A DNA stretch of 61,336 nucleotides, the filler included, from Catajapyx aquilonaris (Eukaryota): NCBI GenBank assembly GCA_000934665.2. It is 3 parts of 3 records of this genome, joined end to end, with 100 filler letters (N's around TTAATTAATTAA, not from the genome) between each part and the next. Parts side by side here need not be neighbours in the genome. Positions count along the whole stretch, not along the records: positions 20,480 to 40,855 come from JYFJ02006273.1; 2 more parts are not named here. The stretch is one strand, 5' to 3'. The notes below the pieces were generated by a model, which worked only from the letters and a program-made list of their open reading frames with translations, made no database searches and was not told the origin of the DNA. Below, in pieces: positions 24,707 to 37,856 of the stretch. Position 1 is the stretch's first letter. Each line of letters opens with the position of its first letter. A program made the translations under genes and the position numbers.

Positions 24707-27700
24707 GTGCAGTATGAAATATTAAGAAGAGTTATTTTGGAGGGTTAGGCTGGGCTGGAGGGAGGGTACCAAAGTGGATCGGTCCGGTTTTCCAATATGG
24801 CCGCCGGGAGAGGGAGCAAAATGTGGGGGTTGGAAGTAGCGTAGCGGTGACTCATCAGCTCTTCTGCCTCCGATATTAGTTTGCGCCGGTTGGTCGATAT
24901 TTTCCAGATTAGCTTCAATAAACAATAAATAATATGCCATTATTACAACTGCTTTTGACTGCATGCATTACGTAACGGTCTGGTACATATAGTAGGCTAC
25001 ATGATTGTTGATTTGTGAGGCTGTAGCGGGCTGAAGGTAGGGTGGGGTATGATGCTTTGTAAATGATGCAAAGATATTTTATTTGAATGTGCATTTAGAA
25101 ATGGTTAGAAAATCGGACAAGTGTGGCGGAGGGCACGTGGCTGATGCTGGCATACTTCCCATTAAAGCTTTTGGTCACTAGTCCTAGGTTATTATGGTCA
25201 TTCCACCTGCGATAATTTATCCAAGTGCTTGTGAGCCCATAAAAACTAGTTAACAGTTAATGCATTTAAGGAATTTCAAAATTGCGGAGAGAAATGTTAC
25301 AGCCTTGGAAATGGTTCCATATCCCATTAGTGTTAGTCGTGTATAAATAGAATCTCTTCAAATAAGTATAGTTGATTTCAATACAATACATGACCCTGGA
25401 ATGTTGGTAACGTGGAATGTAACAGTAATTACTGATCTGTTGCAATAATAACCATTTAAATGGTAGGCTACAGCTTAAAACCCTTAGTAAAATCGAGTGT
25501 CAAGATATGAAGTGGTTAATTTTGTTCCCACATTGTGAAGGTGCAGGAAGAGTACTTGTAGCATTTGTCTAATAAAAAGTAAAGTTTTAGCATATGCGAA
25601 AATATTTCTCAAATTTAGTAACAATATGACAAAAGAATTACTGGAAAATTTCGAGTGAAATATTGTGACACAAGAGAGCAAGAGTGGACATTGCAGTAAA
25701 GAAGTTATGATTTGAAAATATTTTTTGTTTGTTTTTTGCCATGCTTAATACCTTAATCAAATATTGACCCAAACACTCAATTTAATCATTTTTATGCGAA
25801 CATTCATAGGACTCGTGACATGTACGTAGCTGTAATACTGCACCTAAAGCATAATAATTATACAAGTAGTTTACCACTGAATGCATTGGACAGCATGTTG
25901 ATCCATGACCAAATATTAACGCATATTGCTAAGCAGTTATCCGTTAGAGAAACCCGAAGCAACCATCCACCAAGCAGTGAATGATGGAGTAGCTGTTAGC
26001 GAAGCAGCTATTAATCCGATCACTAACTGTAAAACGGGGATACGTCACGAATGTGTTATGACGTAATAGTCGTGAGTGCTGATTATGACACATCGTGACG
26101 TCAAATCCTGACTAGAATTTAGGAGAATGATGCGAATGGGCGAAGGACGATAGATAGTGGTGCAATATGGATTCGACCTATTTGCAAGATGGAAGGGATA
26201 GGAAGTAGGTCAGTAGACTTGTGTAGGCGTGAGACCGGCACTGGGGGCAGATCGATCGGCTCGGGCCAAATCATTATGGCCTTGAGCCCAAAACAATCCT
26301 AGGTTTGGTTGGAAAGGCTTCCTACCTGGGGCAGGAACTATCATACTATTATTGGAATCCTGGCAGCGGGCATTATTCTGGTTTCGTGAATTGGCATTTA
26401 ATGAAGGATGGACATGTCAGCTGAAGATCTGGATTTGCTTCATTAAAGAATACCCCGTGGAACAAGGTGCAGAGGAATTACAGTCGGGATCAGCCAAAAT
26501 AAATTTCAGGAATTTTCTATGCCATAGCTAATCTTGGATATATATTCATATTTCAGTAAAAAACTTTCGCATGAACATCTTTTCTGCATATCCTGTTATT
26601 CTTGGCCAGTTTCAATTGTGCAGGCATCACCGGGAGAGTTAGAATCTTAGGAAAATAATGGGTGAAGAGTGGTAATAATTTGTTTCTGACTGGGTTCCTT
26701 GTACTTGGGAGGGGTAATAAAATGTAGCTTTGAGGATGAAGGCACATGCCAGTTTTGACTCCAATGAGTTCAAAGTATTGAAAAGTGGGCGTCAGCACAT
26801 TATGAACTGGCATTATTGAAATTGTGATATGTGTGAGTTCATTTGTAATCTCGTTCAATGCCCTGCAAGTATGTAGTTATTGGAAGAGGCCTTAGAGTGG
26901 GTTAACACTGAATTCTCAGAAAGCCAACCAGACCATACAGGTTATTTCCTGCATGTGTGTGGGGAGGCCCTCTTCGAGGTTAGGTGAAACAGGATGGATC
27001 TTTTTTTGCAAGCCTCCCCCTCCCCCATCTAAAGTACTGGTGACGTAAGAGTCTCATGGTTGGCTGCATTCCAGGTCACATCAGCATACAATCGCTATGT
27101 GCAAGGGAGGATAAAGTCCATGGCATGCCTGGGTCCATTTTGCTCTCCTTCATTCAGCAGGGTCTTGATATCTTGCAGACTGGAAACCTGAATATGCCTT
27201 GGCCTTTAGCTGACAGACCAGAATAGTAGCCGCCTTTCTTGTCCTTGGCCTCAAGCTGACAATATCCTGCCAGCTTCCTCTTTCAGTATGATGTAATTAT
27301 ATCTTGTCTTGGGTGTATGTATGCTGAAGAATAGGTGTAGATAGCAAATGACATTTATTTTGTGAATGTGGGTGGGGAAGGGAGAAGTATAGGAAAAATG
27401 ATATATTCTAGAAATGGTAATTGTGTATTGGCTAACACCTGGCACACATTTCTATAATCCTGTCACCCATCCAAAATGTACCAGGGCTGACTTTCTCAAG
27501 GTGGAAACAGCACCTATCTGGTGTGCACTCACGTAACTATTCCTTCTGTGGTGATTCTGTTAGCACTGCATAAAGAAAATTTAAGTGGTGTATTGCCTTT
27601 ACATTTAAGCTGAAAATAATTATGCCTCAGGGTAGAGGGTTGACTGTATTAATTGAGGTTATTAGTTGTTAGCAAATATGAATTTTTATTGGTGGTAACA

Positions 27701-27879
27701 TATTATAAACAAAATTATAATTATTGTCGCCAGCCTAGCTTGACTGGTGTAGCTTGGCATGATTGTGACAATGGCTTGATTTTCTGTAGAGGGTGGGAGT
27801 AGGTCTGAATTTTAACTGTGGTGAATTTACCATAAATTCCTTTTATTCAACTGTAATGTACCAGTAGACAGTATGTTAA

Positions 27880-29377
27880 CCCCCCTGTCTCCCGCGTCCC
27901 ATTTTGGTTGTGTTATAATACAACCAAACAAAATATTTGTTTCAAATTCACTGGTATAACCAGATGGAAATTTCTTTCACCATGGCCTTAGGAAATGTTC
28001 ATAGTTTCTATGTTCATGAGTATTTACGCCTCTTGCGTGATATATTTAATGGCACAACGTCATAGGCCAATGGTCTCATTCATTGTAAACAAGCCGAAAC
28101 AAACACTTACTGCACGAATTTAAATACACAAAGCTTTCTGCCGCATATTTCCCGGTATGTGGACGTGCAGCTGAAAACCATTTAATAATTCCCGAAATTC
28201 TGGGACTTTTTTGCCTGGGAAAAAATCAGAACGATTTGTGAAGGGTAGGCAATCTCCCCAGGTGCCATTTTGGTCATAAAAACTGTCCTCGCTCCTAATA
28301 GGCCAGGTGGACTGCTTGCCACCTGAGCCGCCCTTTGTTGCACCTGGCAGATCACATTACTTACTTTTAAACCGGACCTTTGAAATTTTTATAACCGACA
28401 CTTAATGTTTTAATAATTCATCAGAGACTGGGCAATCATATAGAATTACCTTGGACAGGGTGACCCCCAGTCAGGGAACATGGAAAACACAGGGAAATTG
28501 GAAATTAGCCAGTAGACAGGGAAAATACAAGGAAATTCGTGTCAATGACTCAAAATTTCCTTGTATTTTCCCTGTCTACAGGCAAAGACGTGCTAATAGA
28601 AAACCTGCATGAAGACAGTTTGGTGGCTCTCAGAAGGGCATATGATGGCATTCATGATGCAGAGGGGAAGATGCCATTGTTGTTAATAGAGAGATGATAA
28701 CTTATGCTCAAGGTGCAAGTGCCAGGTACAAAGGTGCACTTCAAAGTAGACTTGCAGAAGGAGAGAGACTGCAGATGGCAGTTGCACAAGGAAAATAGAA
28801 GAGAGCCTTGTTGATGGATCTGGAGAAGGAAAAAAAAAAAGGGAACTCCAGGACAGACAGGTTGAATTGGAGAAGATGAAGTAGAGATGGGCATTGCCAT
28901 ATCATGACCCGAAATGTTAATTTTGTTTTCCTTCTGTTCTCTTATAATCAGTGATGAGGAATCATACAAGTCAATCTAGGACAAGCCAGATATGTTTATA
29001 TTGTAATGTTTTCATTCTGACATGAAGGGAAAATTCCTAAGTGATTTGTGCACGTATTTCTGACGTGAATCACTACCTATTTGCTTTAAAATGCATTTTC
29101 AAATGAAAATAGTTGGAAAAAGAAGGCAGGGAAAACACAGGGAAATCGTATTTTAGTCACTGGTGGTCACCCTGTTGGATTTTTTTTAGAGGGTGGAAGC
29201 CACCTAGTATATGAGGCGTTTGATGCCCTCTCTCGATATGCAACTAGGTTTGCATGTCTCGTAATGTTCAGCCTCCTCTTGTACATGAATCGAGAGTGAA
29301 ACCGATGCTGCCAGATCCAGTGCTCTTTTTAAACCCCCCCCACCCAAAGAGTGCATTATCGAGCTGGAGACAGAGGG
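27880..29377. mobile_element. Non-autonomous piggyBac-like element, copy A
   Basis: TTAA|CCCCCCTGTCTCC ... GGAGACAGAGGG|TTAA; homologous to the adjacent copy B. Confidence 0.8.
28456..29174 (+). mobile_element. hAT-like element with 5-bp TSD (hAT5-type) nested in copy A, carrying a transposase C-terminal relic
   Basis: TIR CAGGGTGACC/GGTCACCCTG; TSD TTGGA; subterminal CAGGGAA motifs; frameshifted VLIENLHEDSLVALRRAYDGI..ASARYKGAL at ~28590-28800. Confidence 0.7.
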
Positions 29378-29505
29378 TTAATAACACTGGGCAACGAATT
29401 TTGACAAAAGTCAAGTCTCTGAGATTAACCCTTTGTCTACTGCGGCCATGATGGCTGCATTATAATGCAACCACAAAATGTATTTTTAAAATTAACTGGT
29501 ATAAC

Positions 29506-29615
29506 CAGGGATGGAAAAAGAACCGCTTCCTTCCAAGAAGCGCTTCTTTTTTCCATGTGCAGGAATGGAAAAAGAACCGCTTCCTCCCAAAGAAGCGCTT
29601 CTTTTTCCATCCCTG
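29506..29615. mobile_element. 110-bp hAT mini-MITE
   Basis: TIR cagggatggaaaaagaa; 8-bp TSD GGTATAAC; empty site in copy A at ~27953. Confidence 0.9.
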
Positions 29616-29668
29616 GGTATAACCCCAATGGAAATTTCTTTCACCATAGAAACTAGAAGAGTTACCTA

Positions 29669-30148
29669 AAAGCCGGTATCGACGTAAGAGTCTCTCTTAT
29701 AAGAGGCCTCTTGTGCGAGACATCTTGTACGTCGAGACGGAATCTATATCGCCTCTCACCCCCTCTGGCGTCCTCGCAAGGGGCTCAGAGGAAAGTTGAA
29801 AATTTTCTACTTATCCTCTGATCCTCGCGTTGACATCACACCACGTGACTCCGGAGAGCCAATCGGGTCAGAGATATCGGCAGACCCCCAAGCCGGCACC
29901 ACAAGGAATGTCCCTGTCCCTGTCTCTCCCCTCCCTTCCTAATAGTCCTATCCACCAGTTCCACAATAAGCATGATCTGCAGAATACCCTGCGCAGACTG
30001 CAGCTGCGTGTCAACGGGCGCCATCTTGCCAGTCTCGTTGGGATGGCTAGAATTTCTCGGGACGTCTCGCAAGCCCTGGGCGGGCCTTACGCGGGCATGA
30101 GCAGTTGGCTCCTCTTACAAGAGAAACTCTTACTTGGATACCGGCTTT
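29669..30148. mobile_element. MITE with ~38-bp TIR
   Basis: aaagccggtatcgacgtaagagtctctcttataagagg vs cctcttacaagagaaactcttacttggataccggcttt; TA flanks. Confidence 0.8.
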
Positions 30149-30580
30149 TAGGCTATGTTCCTGATATTTTTAATGACATGATGTCATAGGCCAAAGGTCT
30201 CATTCATTGTAAACAAACACTTACTTCATGAAATTAAATAGGCCCTACACATAGCTCCTTGCCTCATATTTCCCTGGATGTGCAGCTGAAAACCATTAAA
30301 AAATTCCCGAAATTCTGCGGCATAATTTTCGCCGGGGAAAAAATCAGAACGATCTGTCAAGGGTAGGCAAACTTTCCCACTGCCATTTTGGCCGTAAAAA
30401 GTGACCTCGCTCGTAATTGGCTGGGCGGACTGCTCAGAGCTCAAAGCGGTGGCTGCTTGCCACCCGAGTCGCCTTTTGTTGCACCTGGTGGCTCACATTA
30501 CCTCTGTTTAAACTAGGCCTTTAAAAATTTTTAACCGGACACTAATGATTTCATAATTCATCAGGAGTGGGCAACAATGT

Positions 30581-30873
30581 TTTTCTATTGTTTTTATTTT
30601 TATTTATTAAACCCTACTGGGAGAATCAGCGCTCCATTAGGGGAGTGGAATACCACCATTTTACCACTCTTATTTTTTTTCTGAACCTTTCACACACGGG
30701 TGGGGCCAAGGATAGGAAACGAAGCGGCTGTGGCCCATTACACGGAAGCGACTCTGGAATTCTCCTGGGGGGACCGTGGGAAACGACAGAAAACCAAGGT
30801 CCCCCCGGGAATCGAACCCAGGACTCCCGATTAGCAGTCGGACGCCTTAACCACTACACCAACCTGCTTCGGT
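30581..30873 (-). mobile_element. tRNA-derived SINE
   Basis: A box tggtgtagtgg, B box gggttcgattcc, A-rich tail; 15-bp TSD AGTGGGCAACAATGT (30566-30580, 30874-30888). Confidence 0.9.
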
Positions 30874-31482
30874 AGTGGGCAACAATGTAGAATTATCTTG
30901 AATTATTACGTGGGGTGGGAGCCACCTAAAAAAAAAACCAGCGTATATGTCACAATAGGATGATGTCACCTTCTCGTGCGTAGCATGTGAGGCGGTACAT
31001 GGCTCTCTCAAGATACAACTTGGACGCTTCAGGCCCATCTTGTGCATGAATCGAGAGTGAAACCAGTGGTTCCCAGATCCAGGGATTTTCACCTAGGTCC
31101 TAGGTCTGGTCGTTTTATTTGGCCAATGGCCGTTGTCAGGGTTTGAGCCTAACACATGCACTTGATAAGTCAACCCCTTCCTCCCCCTTCAAATCCTGTA
31201 TCACAGTCTCCCTGGCATCAACCCCTTCTTGAGTGACTTTTATGGACATCCATATGTTTTGTAGTGTGAAAGCACATGACTGTGTTTCAGGTGCCAGTCT
31301 GCTATGAATTGTTTGATAACGATTAAGAAGGCAGAAATGGTCTAGTTAAACTTCAATGGGAAGGGATTGTTTGTGTTATGTGCAGATTGTAAAGCTAATG
31401 TTTCATTTGCATGCAAGGATTCAGTTTTTAAATACACGTATAGTGTAAACCAATGTTTATAAAATATCTCTGCTCTCTTCAG

Positions 31483-31744
31483 GAATTGTTGATGCCTTTG
31501 TCCGCATCCCGAAAGAACAAGGTTTCCTCAGCTACTGGCGTGGTAACCTGGCCAACGTGATTCGTTACTTCCCAACCCAGGCCCTCAACTTTGCCTTCAA
31601 GGACAAGTACAAGCAGGTCTTCTTGGGTGGTGTGGACAAGAGGACCCAGTTCTGGCGTTACTTTGTTGGCAACTTGGCCTCTGGTGGTGCTGCTGGAGCC
31701 ACCTCCCTCTGCTTTGTGTATCCACTTGATTTTGCTAGGACCAG
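31483..31744 (+). CDS. sesB: ADP/ATP translocase, coding exon 2
   Basis: (G)[48 protein letters not shown](R); ttcag acceptor, GTCAGT donor. Confidence 0.95.
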
Positions 31745-32004
31745 GTCAGTTAGGCAGATGTTTCTTTTCAGAAAAGGGTGATAGATAGTTATTTTGATTG
31801 TGCGAAAGATGTGCAAGTACAATGTGTTCCCATTGAAATGCCCTAGTGGTGTGTGATTGTTTGGTATTAACCTTCTTAATATTAGGCAGTTACTTAGGCA
31901 CTAACAATAGGCATTAAAACAGGTTGGAATATCTTGTTGGCCATCCATGCGACTGGAATCTTGATAAGTCAAAAAAGTGAAAAGCCTCCCTCACAACAAC
32001 ATAA

Positions 32005-32692
32005 AGGTGTGTTCACATAAAGCGTTTTTGATCAAAAGCTTGCGAATTTCAGCTTTCAGCGAATTCGCGTCTGGCCGAAGGCATTCATGTATCGGCGATT
32101 TTCTCCTAGACGCGAGCAAATTTTGGTCACTCAACGCAACTAAACTAAAAATCACGGTCCTCTGTCAGAGCCAGATAGAAGCAAATATTTGACCTGGGTG
32201 AGTTTTGGAGCTGGTTCGAGCCACTCAGCGCTGGCATGCGGACTTGTTGGCCTTCCTCGCCCACGTTGGGAATGCGGATGCCCGAGCTCGGAAGTTAACC
32301 TATTTTTTTGTTGCAAACTCCCGACCCGGGCAGCCTCCACACCATGTCCAGCTCTTGCCCCACTTGGTGCACTGTGACCTGGACACCCTTCCGAGGTCGG
32401 TTCAGCAGCAATTTCACTGCCATGCCAGCTGCCTCCGCAGCACAGGGCTCCGCCATCTTTCTCAGCCCAAGACCTCCCCCTGCCCACACGACCCTGACCC
32501 TGTCCTCCCCCCTACCTGTCCTGCTGCACAGCGCATGCTCCATAACTAACGAGTAAGTTTTATCGCATACCGGATACGTGAATGCCCGGAAAATTGTCCA
32601 AAAATTTGCTATCTTCGTGACGTAAAAGACGCGAAAAAGCAAAACCTGAAAATTGATCACAAGTGTTTATTCGCGTATATGTGAACGCACCT
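32005..32692. mobile_element. PIF/Harbinger-type non-autonomous element
   Basis: TIR aggtgtgttcacata/tatgtgaacgcacct; TAA TSD. Confidence 0.8.
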
Positions 32693-32695
32693 TAA

Positions 32696-33166
32696 CCCTT
32701 AACTACGTAGGTGGGCGAAACACCTTTAACTACGTAGGTGGAGCCTGAGAGGCTCCAATGGCATATTTAAATTTCTGCTTATCAACTAAATTGTTACATT
32801 GGACTTTTCACATACAGAAAGTGCAGTTCAGATCATTAGGCTTCCGATAACGTAAAAATCACACGCTGAGTCAGCATATTCCGACAGGAAAAAATTCTTA
32901 ATTAAAAGGTTACATCATGCTTGAGCCGCTCAGTCTTCACCTGCATAGGTAGAGCCAGTATAGAGTCCAGGAGGGACCTGTTCCTCGTTACGAATTTTTT
33001 TAAACCAAACAATAGGGACGAAAAAAAATTTTCTTTCCTTTTCATGCTTAGGAAGGTTTTTCTGACAAAGTCACGGAAGGAGAGTGGAAAATAAAATTCA
33101 ATGAAAAAGTTACATGCGTTTAAATAGTGCTTGGAGCCTCTCAGGCTCCACCTACGTAGTTAAGGG
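32696..33166. mobile_element. piggyBac-type MITE
   Basis: TTAA|CCCTTAACTACGTAGGTGG ... CCACCTACGTAGTTAAGGG|TTAA. Confidence 0.9.
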
Positions 33167-33274
33167 TTAAAGCCACCATTTGTAAGTAAGGGAGATATGT
33201 ATTACATTTTCGATGTCAGTTGTCCCAAGAGATTGCACGTGCTTGCAACTACACTCAATGTGGGATTGGGACCT

Positions 33275-35184
33275 GGGTCATTCTCACGAAACAGGCCAAA
33301 GTGATGTCCTTTCGCCATATGTCAACAACATTATGCTATTCACACAGTTTCATATTTTATTTGGACAGCCCCTAAGGGGTCCAATGTAGGTAGCATATCA
33401 AATAAACAAATTTAGCATTTTCTTTAAAAATAAAAATTACCGTATCAGTGAAATATCACTATTTCACTTGTCCCAATTTACATTTTCAGTACTACGATCT
33501 GCAATATATAGCGAAGTACAATAAGTATGTTTATTTTCGGACAGAGCATGTTCTCCATTATTGAAAATGACGTCATGATGCGTAAATGGTTGCAACTGAT
33601 GAAACTACTCCGAACGGGTGAGCCTTATATGCTGTCCCACGTAAATCACGTCATTCCCTCACTTGCACCTATCAGGCCATATAACTTCCCACCTGATGAG
33701 TCGCATGTGTTCAAAACCCTGACTATCTGTTCTGGCAAGTCTTGTGAAGTAGCCCAACATGAGTCAGTCAGTCCCAAGTTGGCAGGGGAGATGCAGTGGA
33801 GCCTGCAAGCGAGGAAACTGATGCGTATTTAGCATAATCGTCATTCCTTTACCGCTCTGTAATGTACACTTAATCGTACCTTAATGGGGAAAAAACACCA
33901 TGAATGGGTGCCTTTCATGTGAGCGGACATGATAGTATTCTTGTTTTGGTCAAAAAGTGCAAGCGCGCCAGTCAGGGGGCCATTTTAACTGAGGTAGTCA
34001 TTCCCTTACCGTCATTCCCTTACCATCATTCCCTTACCATCATTCCCTTACCTTCATTCCCTTACCTTCCAGTGTTGGAAATCAGACAAACCATTATCTA
34101 AAACCATAGCTCCTGAACAGAACCGTTTAAGTATGTAAAAACATGTCTCCCAATTTTCGGGGGCTCTGATTTCGATCTTTAGGTGGTTTTTTAAAACCAA
34201 GACCTACAGGGTGTTCCAAAAATTTGCCACGGAATTTAAGAACTTGTAGAATCGATATTAAAATGTAGGTGATAACAATATAATTTCCGGGTGTTTTCGC
34301 GTGTCTGATTTTGATTTCACGGTTATTTTGAACCAAGACCTACAGGGTGTACCAAAAACACAGTTGAATGGGTCGAATGTGTAAGAGCTCTGAGAATAAA
34401 TGGTATAAATAATTGCAAAGAATGTTTTTTAATTAATTCAGAGGTTATACGAAGTATTAAATCGTTAGGTAGGGGGCAGGCAAGAGGCTCGAAATACGGC
34501 AAGCTGGAATACGCCAACGTTACTTTTTCTGGAGGGGTGTGTTACCCCTCAGCAGTATGTTACGTCGGAGTGGAGTGCAAGAAAAGCTCAAAGCAGCATA
34601 ACATAGGGGCCGTCACTGCTAAAAAAATAAGCAGCTTAGTGCAATATTTCCGATAATTGTTCGGACAAAAAAGTTGAGTCACCCTGTATAATTAGAGAGA
34701 CAAAGATTTCCACTATCCAGGGTTCACAGGGGGTATTTTTTGCCTCAGAGAAGTGCCATTTAAAAAATAATTTTGCGGCGTAACGTCCGTCCGTCGGCAA
34801 CTAGTCAAAAAATGACACTCTTCCGCCGCCTTCTTGCGATGAAAAATTACACAATGAAGATAGGTAAACAACTCGCATATATGTAAGGTGGATTTAAACA
34901 AGCTTTCCAACGATATATCACATTAATTTATTGGTTCCTTTGCCTGGGAATTGTTTAGAGTCAAACACAGGGGCCTATATTAAATAAACGGATAGTAGTT
35001 CTAACCCTGTCAGTCTCTTTATTTGCATTTCATATGTGAAGTACAAAGTGATGGGCTGTGACAATATTTTTTTCTTCCTTATAGGGGACGTGCCTTTCTC
35101 AGAAAAAATTACCACCACGATATCACGATTTTCAATATTTTTTTATACTTTATCTCAGTTTGGCCTGTTTCGTGAGAATGACCA
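33275..35184. mobile_element. TIR element, possibly Sola2-like, with nested fragments
   Basis: TIR ggtcattctcacgaaacaggccaaa / tttggcctgtttcgtgagaatgacc; candidate 4-bp TSD ACCT; contains a 14-bp tcattcccttacc tandem (33998-34068) and Tc1-like CAGGGTG ends. Confidence 0.6.
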
Positions 35185-35595
35185 ACCTGTGAATATCAGC
35201 ATGAAAGCATTGAACACATTTGAAAAAGCCACTTTTGGGTGGCGATGGTCATCATCCCCCTGCTCAGGGCCAAGGGGAAATAGCAAATATGGAACTCGCG
35301 TTCATAGTCAACTTTGTCCTGCTTGACTCTGTACAAGTCTGTTAATGTAAATGCCGATATTTACAGAGTAGTGAAGCTTGAAAGTACAAGTGCCTGATGA
35401 AAGTGCGAACACTGCATGTTTCAGCTAGGAATGTGGCTGGCAACTGTACAGAATGCCATTGTCATGTGCACTCGCTCAAGTATGCAACCTTAGCTCAGTG
35501 CACGTGTGTGGTAATCTGGATATGATGTCAGAGGAATGATTTCAAAATGAGAGCTGATAAAATTGCTCATCATCATCATCATACACCTGTATATA

Positions 35596-35687
35596 CAGGG
35601 TGCTCAGAATCGTGGGTCACTTTCTGATAACATGCTATCGGGCCATATCAATTATCAAAAAGTGGCCCACGAATCTGGAACACCCTG
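35596..35687. mobile_element. Tc1/mariner-type MITE family 1, short copy
   Basis: TA|CAGGGTG..CACCCTG|TA; related to copies at 36171, 49361 and 55726. Confidence 0.8.
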
Positions 35688-36170
35688 TATTTTCACGTGG
35701 GGGAGAAATGTGTGATGCAGATGTAGATGGGGCTGGCTAGAGGTGGGGACCCATTTTGGCTGACCTTTCCATCAAGCAGAAATGGACACGGTCATAGCAA
35801 TGCAACTTAATTTCACCAGCTCTTACTACATCATGGTGGCATAGTAAATTTTGAAAGGCATATGGAGCGGAAACATAAAGATGTGATGCCCTATCATACT
35901 AGCATATGTCTTCCTCTGAAAGATTGGTAAAAGCAAATGGGGTGTTCAATCAATAAAATAACGTAGAATCGGAAAATGAAAAGGTAGCAGGCATGCTGTT
36001 AATTTGCATTGAATAGGCCTGCAGTGCTGGACATACGTGCAGTCCCTAAATGTTTAGTTAGTTGCCAGGTAACTCCGCTTATGCAGAAAAATTAACATTT
36101 AGGGACAGCTAATAAGTCCAGCTGTGTACATGCTAGGCAGAAGGCTTAAGCATATACACAGCATATTATA

Positions 36171-36410
36171 CAGGGTGTTCCAAGTTCGTGGGGCCTTTTA
36201 TAATAGTTGTTGTTATAGGGTAAATTTTGCTCAAAACTGTTATTTTTTGTAGCTTGTGCCACTAATATCAGTTGCCCTAATCTATAGCCACTGCTACATT
36301 CAACCACCTGATAGTACTGAGGCAACTGGATTGGGGCACAACAATAACTACTTTGGACCATATCAGTGACAACAAAAAATGACCCACGAACTTGGGACAC
36401 CCAGACCCTG
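36171..36410. mobile_element. Tc1/mariner-type MITE family 1 variant
   Basis: TA|CAGGGTGTTCC start; ttttgtagcttg..gcccc motifs; ends accctg|TA. Confidence 0.7.
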
Positions 36411-36786
36411 TATATTTCTTACTATTATGGCCAACGGCAGGCAACATATTCCTTGGTCCAAAATAAGTCGAAAATGTCAGCGGGAGAAACGATAAGGGAC
36501 CAACCGTTAACATGGTAGATGACCAGACACATTGGCCAGTGGTTATCTAGGGAGCAGGGTATGAGAGTGAAAATCATGACTTTTGGGATTTGTGAGATCA
36601 CCGCTTTTGCAGAAGTGATTATATTCTGCTCCCCTAGGCAACCATTGCCCAATGTTTCTGATCATCTACTCACAGTCTGTAACGGTTGGTCCCTCGACAT
36701 TTCTTCCCCCTACATTTTTTACTTGTTTTGGCTCAAGGAATACACTGGAGGCTGTCGGACGTACCACAGGAGTGAGAAACACTATA

Positions 36787-37312
36787 CAGAGAGTAAATGA
36801 ATTCAACCGACAAACTTGTAGGGGTAATAGAGGGGACCAAGACAAACATTTGAAGTGGAAACTGTCTGGAAACACCATCTAGAGGGGGTTCATAGGAACG
36901 GGTGCACTCAGACGCATCGGGCGGGCGGCGTTAGCGAGCTGACGGTTTAGTTGCTAGGTGGCTCGCGGATTGTACACAACTCAGCAATTCGCCATAGCCT
37001 GGCAACAACAGAGTTGTTGTGTATTATCTGCGCGCTACCTAGCATGCCGACTTCAGTTGCTAGGTGTCTGTTGTTGCCAGGTGTCTGTTGTTGCCAGGTT
37101 ATTGTGAAGTTGTGTACAATTCGCGTACCACCTAGTAACTAAACGGTCTGCTCGCTAACGCCGCCTGCCTGACGTGTCTGAGCGCACCCGTTCCTCGTCT
37201 GTGAACCCCCTCCAGATGGCATTTCCGGACATGGTTTCCTATGTCAAATATGTTTGTCTTGGTCCCCTCTATTACCCCTACAAGTTTGTCGGTTGAATTC
37301 GTTTACTCCCTG
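36787..37312. mobile_element. Tc1/mariner-type palindromic MITE family 2
   Basis: Long inverted arms (acaaacttgtaggggtaatagaggggaccaagac); TA flanks. Confidence 0.85.
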
Positions 37313-37856
37313 TATAAAGTATGTATAGCTACAGCTATTCTCACGTAGAGGGTACATCTGAATCCATTTGACACCTGAGTGCAACTTGCCTTGGCAAAGC
37401 CACAATAACGTTTGATGGCCTGCGGCAACACAAAATGTACAGTAATTTTGTGATTACATAGTCGACAGTAGGGGCCCAGCTCGGCAATTAACTAATCATG
37501 CTATCATGTCTTGGCTGTGACACGACCATTACATGTCTAAAGCCACACAGCAATTTGGACATGCTCTCTGAACTGTCTGCATACCACCTCACTGCGACTA
37601 TGTTTTTTTCATATGGGTTTCCCCATCAGATCCCCATGACCTTAGAGCGACATACCAGTACTCCAGTAGTTAGGTGGGTTGGCGCTTTGCTTAAGTTTCG
37701 CCGCTTGTCCTGTTCCTTCAGTCACTTCAACTAACAGGCGGCATACAGCGAATCTGGTAGGCTGGGAAATGAGACAATTTTCCGTACTCGCCAACATGAA
37801 CGTGGACTTAGGGAGACTGAAAATGCATTGATATCCTATCGTAAGGCCCTGCCAGC

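Larger units (their letters stand above)
29429..31090. mobile_element. piggyBac-like element, copy B (right end not found) with three nested insertions
   Basis: TTAA|CCCTTTGTCT start; blocks collinear with copy A up to gaatcgagagtgaaacc..ccagatccag. Confidence 0.7.

Noticed and set aside
30780..30873. Functional tRNA genes here and at 8373 and 50922
   Set aside because: tRNA-like heads lack a convincing cloverleaf; two continue into SINE bodies with tails and TSDs
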